In this document: piece by piece, positions 10,069-17,100 of the stretch
Position numbering within the stretch: position 1 is the stretch's first letter
Layout of the letters: the number at the start of each line of letters is the position of its first letter
Assembly: GCA_963712275.1 (NCBI GenBank)
Contig: CAVQHD010000001.1
Location: 960,001 to 1,024,000, forward strand
Direction of reading: 5' to 3'
DNA: 64,000 nucleotides
Origin: an uncultured Rhabdochlamydiaceae bacterium
GTDB lineage: Bacteria; Chlamydiota; Chlamydiia; Chlamydiales; Rhabdochlamydiaceae
Position numbers and translations under genes: made by a program
The notes under the pieces: model-generated
What the model was told of the DNA's origin: nothing
The model's database searches: none
What the model saw: the letters and a program-made list of their open reading frames with translations, nothing else

Positions 10069-10732
10069 GGTAATGTACTACCGTTATCTTGTTTGTTTTA
10101 GAAAGAGTCATTTCAAGCTGCATTTGATCAAAATATTTTTTTGAGCGATCAAGCTGCTCTTTTTCTTGCTCTATATTTTGTGCCTGGCGCTCTTCTATTT
10201 TTACAACTTTATCTTTGAGTCTTAAGATTCTATGGGTGTTGATTTGAGAACACAAATTTTCTGTTAATTCTCTTTTTTCCTCTCGGTATGAAGCGAATCT
10301 ATAAAACCCATAGACGAATCCAGCAACTAAAAAAGATATGGCTGCCGCTTTTACAGCATCTTTTCCTGCGCTCTCTAAACGTTGAACTTCACGCTTGTCA
10401 TAAAGAATGCGATCTTTTTCCGCATCCTCTGCTTTCCAGTAAATCTCCGGTCTAAATGGGTCTGGCTTGTTCAGCTTTACATCAGCGCCGTACGTGACTG
10501 TGCTAATGCCGCTACTAATACCAAGGCCTGCGTAAATACTTTTAAGGAAAATGTCTTTATAGCTGTTATGTTCTGCAAGGTCTTGAAGTTCCTTGTCAAA
10601 GCGGTTCTTTTCTTCAATTAAAGTCTTCTGCTCTTCCTCATCCATTTTGGATAGAAGCTTGCACAGCTGCTGTCCCTGTAAGAGAGGAATTGAAGAGGCG
10701 AGCATGTAATGTTGAACAGTTGATAGAGACAT
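10061..10732 (-). CDS. Hypothetical protein with hydrophobic segments and coiled coil (Inc-like candidate)
   Basis: SIYAGLGISSGISTV and AAAISFLVAGFVYGFY followed by a charged helical tail. Confidence 0.6.
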   Translation of the reverse strand: MSLSTVQHYMLASSIPLLQGQQLCKLLSKMDEEEQKTLIEEKNRFDKELQDLAEHNSYKDIFLKSIYAGLGISSGISTVTYGADVKLNKPDPFRPEIYWKAEDAEKDRILYDKREVQRLESAGKDAVKAAAISFLVAGFVYGFYRFASYREEKRELTENLCSQINTHRILRLKDKVVKIEERQAQNIEQEKEQLDRSKKYFDQMQLEMTLSKTNKITVVHYHV

Positions 10733-10953
10733 GAAAAACCTTCCTGCTAAGGAGAAATTTTATGGAGCAAGAGTTTTTTTAGCAAGTATATAAATTACTC
10801 ATCTACCCCACTAGCAGAGGGAAGATCGGGCAAGGGAACGGGCACGGCAACGTTCACGAAAGAGGTCCTTGAGCTATTTTTGTGAACATCGAGACGAAGC
10901 ATATCAGTAATTTACGCCCTTGCTTATATTGCGCTGAATAGTTACAGTCCCTT

Positions 10954-11424
10954 TTAAGATTTGTCTTTGATCTGATACTCGAAGCTAAACAAGTCGGGCT
11001 CGGTTTGTGCGAGATAGAATTCACTCAGCTTTCGCTCTTTTTGAATGAGGAGTTGGGCGGCAGATTGACCCTCTTGCCGGAGCTTTTCAATCTCTTGCTG
11101 GTGAACTTCCACGAGCTTTTGATAGGATAAGCATCTTTCTTCAGATCGAATCGATTTCTTTTGAAGCTTTTGAATCTCTCGATTGAGTCCATCGATCGTT
11201 TGAGAAGCCAAGGCTTCGGCCTCCTCAAGGCGCATCTGCCACTGGAGTTTTTCGTCCTGCTTCTCTGCTGTTTCAACGGGCTTTTCTGGCTTCAGGAGAA
11301 TTAAAAAGATCGGCGTGGCAAATGTTGCTCCTGCTACCACCGATCCCCAGTGGGCAGCATCTCTTTGGATCACAATCCAAAGCAAGCTTAAGGCCATCAA
11401 AACCGCTCCAATCCATTTCAACAT
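10954..11424 (-). CDS. Membrane-anchored coiled-coil protein
   Basis: Bilobed N-terminal hydrophobic region followed by a Q/E/K coiled coil. Confidence 0.65.
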   Translation of the reverse strand: MLKWIGAVLMALSLLWIVIQRDAAHWGSVVAGATFATPIFLILLKPEKPVETAEKQDEKLQWQMRLEEAEALASQTIDGLNREIQKLQKKSIRSEERCLSYQKLVEVHQQEIEKLRQEGQSAAQLLIQKERKLSEFYLAQTEPDLFSFEYQIKDKS

Positions 11425-12791
11425 GCAGAGAGCCTCCCCAAAATAGTGCCCATTGCCAGAAATCCCATTTCGAGCTGGTGCAGCCCAAAGTGTTCATTGG
11501 GTGCATGAATATCGTCTGAGTCCAGCCCTACACCGATCATCGCCACTTCACCTCCGACGGCTGCAGCCAGATCGGAGACAAGAGGAACAGAGGCTCCGCA
11601 GAGGATTTTTCGACAAGGTTTTCCATAAACTTCAGCATAGGCATCAGCGCATAGCTCTGCAAGAGTTGTCTTTGGAGAAGTCCGTACAGGTTTTCCGCCA
11701 TGGTCATGCGTGATTTCAAGTTCAAGTCCTTTAGGGGCCTCTTGTTTTAAGAATCGGGTCATACAATCGGCAATCTTAAGAGGGTCTTGGTGAGGGACAA
11801 GGCGGCATGAGATTTTTGCAATCGATTGAGAGGGAATCACTGTCTTAAATCCTGCCCCCGTATACCCGCCTGAGATTCCATTAATTTCAAGCGTTGGACG
11901 AATGGTATTTGATTCCCATAGAGAAAAAACCCCTTCTCCTTGAAAAGCTCGCATCCCAAATTGTTTTTGAAGATAAGCGAGGTCTAGCTCCTGATAAATA
12001 TCTTGGAGTTCTTCTTTGGAGGGGGTCTGAGTATCATCATAAAAACCTGGAACCGTCACTTTTCCATTGGCATCCCAGAGCTTAGCAAGCAGTTGGATGA
12101 GGGCTCGATTCGGATTTAAAGCAATGCCTCCATGAATGCCGGAATGCAGATCAATCTTTGAATTTCGACATTTGACTTCAAGAGCGACAATGCCTCGAAG
12201 TCCAATCGTAATCGCAGGAGTGGATGCTTCAGGCAGCCCCATGTCGACAATCAATAGGTAATCGGCTTTGAGCGCTTCTTTTTTTTCTTGCACCATTTGA
12301 AAGGCGCCCACGCTTCCGCATTCTTCCTCACCCTCGATAAAGAGTTTGATGTTCAGATGGGATTGTTTGCAAAGCTCAAAAAATGCCTGCAGTGCAGCCA
12401 GCGTATTAAAACATTGCCCTTTATTGTCTGAAGCTCCTCGAGCATAGACAAAGTCTCCTCGAACCTGAGGTTCAAAAGGAGGAGAAATCCATTTTTCAAT
12501 GGGATCGATGGGTTGAACATCGTAATGGTGATAAATAAGAACAGTGGGATAGGAAGGATTGACGATATGGGTTGCAAACACAACAGGATGTTTTCGGGTC
12601 TTCCAAAGATCGACTTTAAAGCCGATTTTTTTCAATCGATCTCCCACCCATTCCGCTGTTTTTCGAACATCGGAGGCATAGGCAGGATCGGTACTGACAG
12701 ATGGAAGTTTTAAAAATTCCAGGTAATCAGCGAGCAGTTTTGCTTGGTGTGTCTGATACCAGACGCGCAATTCTTTTAAGGTTGGTTTCAC
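11418..12791 (-). CDS. M20 family dipeptidase (ArgE/DapE-like)
   Basis: HYDVQP, ARGASDNKGQ, EGEEECGS, DLHSG, HAPNEH motifs. Confidence 0.92.
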   Translation of the reverse strand: MKPTLKELRVWYQTHQAKLLADYLEFLKLPSVSTDPAYASDVRKTAEWVGDRLKKIGFKVDLWKTRKHPVVFATHIVNPSYPTVLIYHHYDVQPIDPIEKWISPPFEPQVRGDFVYARGASDNKGQCFNTLAALQAFFELCKQSHLNIKLFIEGEEECGSVGAFQMVQEKKEALKADYLLIVDMGLPEASTPAITIGLRGIVALEVKCRNSKIDLHSGIHGGIALNPNRALIQLLAKLWDANGKVTVPGFYDDTQTPSKEELQDIYQELDLAYLQKQFGMRAFQGEGVFSLWESNTIRPTLEINGISGGYTGAGFKTVIPSQSIAKISCRLVPHQDPLKIADCMTRFLKQEAPKGLELEITHDHGGKPVRTSPKTTLAELCADAYAEVYGKPCRKILCGASVPLVSDLAAAVGGEVAMIGVGLDSDDIHAPNEHFGLHQLEMGFLAMGTILGRLSAC

Positions 12792-13012
12792 AAGACCTCG
12801 TTGATAATGGAGGAGGCGCTTTCAACCAAATAGGCGGCGAGGGTGGGATCTTCTCCATAACCTCCGTAGGTCATTTCGACCTCTATTTGACCATCCTTCG
12901 GTTCTCCGCAGGTGATGAGAACGTAACATTGATTATCTTCAGAAAGCTTTTGAAAAATGTTGGAGCTTCGATCATGTCTTGCCCATGAAAATCGATTTGC
13001 ACTCTTCACCAT
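12788..13012 (-). CDS. Small hypothetical protein
   Basis: 74-aa ORF with upstream GAGG, overlapping the peptidase start (GTGA). Confidence 0.6.
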   Translation of the reverse strand: MVKSANRFSWARHDRSSNIFQKLSEDNQCYVLITCGEPKDGQIEVEMTYGGYGEDPTLAAYLVESASSIINEVL

Positions 13013-13208
13013 GAAAACCTCTTGTTGCGAAGGCCTGTTAAATTAAATTTAGAAAACTTAAACGTCAAAAAATTAAATTCAAAAAGAATACATCTCATAA
13101 TTCAATTTAATCTGCAATCTCTCCTTAAGATTAAAATTAAAAATTAACAATCCCTTGACTGTTAAACGTTATAAGGGTTATCCTCGACCCAAAATAAGAG
13201 GTTCGAAG

Positions 13209-14117
13209 ATGGGATATCTCAAGAGGATTTTTCTCTTTCTTGCTATTAACGCGCTCGTCATTTTGACGATTTCTGTTATTTTAAACCTTTTCCATGTGCA
13301 GCCTTTTTTGCAAGCGCATGGGGTGAGCTATAAAGATCTCTTAGTCTTTTGTCTGATTTGGGGGTTTGGAGGGGCTTTTATTTCGCTCTCGCTTTCACGT
13401 CTTATGGCTAAATGGATGATGGGGGTTCGCATCATTGATCCAAATACCAGCGATCCTGAGCTCAAAGCGCTTGTTCAAACAGTTTACGGTCTTGCCAAGA
13501 GCGCCCATCTTTCAGTGATGCCTCAAGTCGGTATTTACGAATCTGCTGAAATCAACGCCTTTGCAACAGGCCCTTCACGCCGCCGCTCTCTTGTTGCCGT
13601 CTCCCGAGGTCTTCTGAATCGAATGTCTCAGCAAGAGCTTGAAGGTGTACTAGGGCATGAGATCTCCCACATTGCTAATGGCGATATGGTCACAATGACT
13701 CTCATTCAAGGAGTCATCAACGCCTTTGTGATGTTCCTTGCACGCGCGCTCGCCCTTGCTTTATCCGGGTTTGGCAATCAAAACAGCCGTCAAAGGTCGT
13801 CTTATATGACGTATGCTATTTTAGTCTTTGTTTTTGAGGTTGTTTTTATGGTTTTAGGAATGCTTGTGATTACAGCCTATTCTCGGCAGCGCGAATTTCG
13901 GGCGGACCGCGGAGGAGCTCAGCTTGCTGGCCGGGATAAAATGATTGCTGCCTTAGAAGCTCTTCAACGCACAAAGCAGATTCATGACTCCAAAGCAGAG
14001 CAGCCTTCGTTTCAATCGATGAAAATCTCCAACCCTACCCGCCGTGGCATCATGCGATTTTTTGTCACGCATCCCCCTCTTGAGGTCAGAATTGAGAGAT
14101 TGAAGCAGGTCGGATAA
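13209..14117 (+). CDS. htpX: Protease HtpX (M48 zinc metalloprotease)
   Basis: NAFATG, HEISH, NGDMVTMTL, SRQREFRAD, THPPLE; ATG at 13209 with GAGG RBS. Confidence 0.95.
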   Translation: MGYLKRIFLFLAINALVILTISVILNLFHVQPFLQAHGVSYKDLLVFCLIWGFGGAFISLSLSRLMAKWMMGVRIIDPNTSDPELKALVQTVYGLAKSAHLSVMPQVGIYESAEINAFATGPSRRRSLVAVSRGLLNRMSQQELEGVLGHEISHIANGDMVTMTLIQGVINAFVMFLARALALALSGFGNQNSRQRSSYMTYAILVFVFEVVFMVLGMLVITAYSRQREFRADRGGAQLAGRDKMIAALEALQRTKQIHDSKAEQPSFQSMKISNPTRRGIMRFFVTHPPLEVRIERLKQVG

Positions 14118-14149
14118 GTCCTGATCTGCAGCAACCACAATTCTTCATC

Positions 14150-17100
14150 TTAGGACAAAGTGCAAGAATCTTTGGTTCCCTTTGGAAAATTCTCTCGCAA
14201 CCAATTTGCGACTTCATTTTGACGATATCTCGTGGCTACCATGAAGGGGGGTTCTTTATTCACCCTTACAAAAGGTTGGTGAGGGTCTTGAGAGCAGAGC
14301 CACTGAGCCATCGGCAGATGGCCTCCTGCAGCAGCAGCATGAAGAGGAGTCCAGCCGTCCTGCCTAAACTTCCCCAGGAGAGAAGGATCTTGGGAGCAGA
14401 GCCACTGAGCCATCGGCACATGGCCTTCTTGAGCAGCAGAATGAAGAGGAGTTGCGCCGTCCTGCTTAAACTTCCCCAGGAGAGAAGGGTCTTGAGAGCA
14501 GAGCCACTGGGCCATCGGCACATGGCCTTCTTGAGCAGCAGCATGAAGAGGGGTCACGCCGTCCTGCCTAAACTTCCCAAGGAGCGAAGGATCTTGAGAG
14601 CAGAGCCACTGGGCCATCGGCACATGGCCTTCTTGAGCAGCAGAATGAAGAGGAGTCTGGCCGTCCTGCATAAACTTCCCGAGGAGCGAAGGGTCTTGGG
14701 AGCAGAGCCACTGGGCCATCGGCACATGGCCTTCTTGAGCAGCAGAATGAAGAGGGGTCACGCCGTCCTGCCTAAACTTCCCCAGGAGAGAAGGGTCTTG
14801 AGAGCAGAGCCACTGAGCCATCGGCAGATGGCCTTTTAGAGCAGCAACATGAAGAGGAGTAAAGCCGTCCTGCCTAAACTTCCCAAGGAGCGAAGGATCT
14901 TGAGAGCAGAGCCACTGGGCCATCGGCACATGGCCTTCTTGAGCAGCAGAATGAAGAGGAGTCTGGCCGTCCTGCATAAACTTCCCGAGGAGAGAAGGGT
15001 CTTGGGAGCAGAGCCACTGCGCCATCGGCACATGGCCTTCTTGAGCAGCAGAATGAAGAGGAGTCCAGCCGCCCTGCCTAAACTTCCCGAGGAGAGAGGG
15101 GTCTTGGGAGCAGAGCCACTGAGCCATCGGCACATGGCCTTCTTGAGCAGCAGAATGAAGAGGAGTCTGGCCGTCCTGCATAAACTTCCCGAGGAGAGAA
15201 GGGTCTTGGGAGCAGAGCCACTGCGCCATCGGCACATGGCCTTCTTGAGCAGCAGAATGAAGAGGAGTCCAGCCGCCCTGCCTAAACTTCCCGAGGAGAG
15301 AGGGGTCTTGGGAGCAGAGCCACTGCGCCATCGGCACATGGCCTTTTTGAGCAGCAGCATAAAGAGGAGTCCAGCCGTCCTGCATAAACTTCCCCAGGAG
15401 AGAAGGGTCTTGGGAGCAGAGCCACTGCGCCATCGGCACATGGCCTTTTAAAGCAGCAACATGAAGAGGAGTCCAGCCGTCCTGCCTAAACTTCCCCAGG
15501 AGAGAAGGGTCTTGGGAGCAGAGCCACTGCGCCATCGGCACATGGCCTTTTTGAGCAGCAGCATGAAGAGGAGTCCAGCCGTCCTGCCTAAACTTCCCCA
15601 GGAGAGAAGGGTCTTGGGAGCAGAGCCACTGCGCCATCGGCACATGGCCTTTTAAAGCAGCAGAATGAAGAGGAGTCCAGCCGTCCTGCATAAACTTCCC
15701 GAGGAGAGAAGGGTCTTGGGAGCAGAGCCACTGAGCCATCGGCACATGGCCTTCTTGAGCAGCAGCATGAAGAGGGGTCACGCCGTCCTGCTTAAACTTC
15801 CCCAGGAGAGAAGGGTCTTGAGAGCAGAGCCACTGGGCCATCGGCACATGGCCTTTTAAAGCAGCAGAATGAAGAGGAGTAAAGCCGTCCTGCTTAAACT
15901 TCCCCAGGAGAGAAGGGTCTTGAGAGCAGAGCCACTGCGCCATCGGCAGATGGCCTCCTGCAGCAGCAGCATGAAGAGGAGTCCAGCCGTCCTGCCTAAA
16001 CTTCCCCAGGAGAGAAGGATCTTGGGAGCAGAGCCACTGAGCCATCGGCACATGGCCTTCTTGAGCAGCAGAATGAAGAGGAGTCCAGCCGCCCTGCCTA
16101 AACTTCCCGAGGAGAGAGGGGTCTTGGGAGCAGAGCCACTGCGCCATCGGTACATGGCCTTCTTGAGCAGCAGCATGAAGAGGAGTCCAGCCGTCCTGCT
16201 TAAACTTCCCCAGGAGAGAAGGGTCTTGGGAGCAGAGCCACTGAGCCATCGGCACATGGCCTTTTAGAGCAGCAGCATGAAGAGGAGTCCAGCCGTCCTG
16301 CTTAAACTTCCCCAGGAGAGAAGGATCTTGAGAGCAGAGCCACTGCGCCATCGGCACATGGCCTTCTTGAGCAGCAGCATGAAGAGGGGTCACGCCGTCC
16401 TGCCTAAACTTCCCCAGGAGAGAAGGGTCTTGGGAGCAGAGCCACTGCGCCATCGGCACATGGCCTTTTTGAGCAGCAGCATAAAGAGGAGTCCAGCCGT
16501 CCTGCATAAACTTCCCCAGGAGAGAAGGGTCTTGGGAGCAGAGCCACTGCGCCATCGGCACATGGCCTTTTTGAGCAGCAGCATGAAGAGGAGTCCAGCC
16601 GTCCTGCTTAAACTTCCCCAGGAGAGAAGGGTCTTGGGAGCAGAGCCACTGCGCCATCGGCACATGGCCTTTTAAAGCAGCAGAATGAAGAGGAGTCCAG
16701 CCGTCCTGCCTAAACTTCCCCAGGAGAGAAGGGTCTTGGGAGCAGAGCCACTGCGCCATCGGCACATGGCCTTTTAAAGCAGCAGCATGAAGAGGAGTCA
16801 AGCCGTCCTGCATAAACTTCCCGAGGAGAGAAGGGTCTTGGGAGCAGAGCCACTGCGCCATCGGCACATGGCCTTCTTCAGCAGCAGCATGAAGAGGAGT
16901 CCAGCCGTCCTTGCTAAACTTCCCCAGGAGAGAAGGGTCTTTTTCATGAAGCCACTTTGCTAATTCAAGATTTCCTACAAAACATGTCCAAAAAAAGGGA
17001 AAGAACCCGCGTTTATCTGCCTGGAGCATGAGACTTGGGTTTTTGGCATAAAGGTATTTCAGCGCATGGGTTTGTTTATAAAAATCAGTATCCTCAACAA

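Noticed and set aside
10820..10900. GGGCAAGGGAACGGGCACGGCAACGTTCACG low-complexity stretch with a weak GTTCAC/GTGAAC hairpin
   Set aside because: Single degenerate instance; cannot be supported as a repeat family from this window
14219..16675. Many repetitive alternative-frame and antisense ORFs over the ankyrin arrays (also 21843-22613)
   Set aside because: Shadows of the 102-bp coding repeat, broken by stops at variable positions
14282..16906. CRISPR array or TAL-effector interpretation of the 34-aa repeats
   Set aside because: No unique spacers or cas genes; the unit has the ankyrin TPLHxAA signature rather than the TALE consensus
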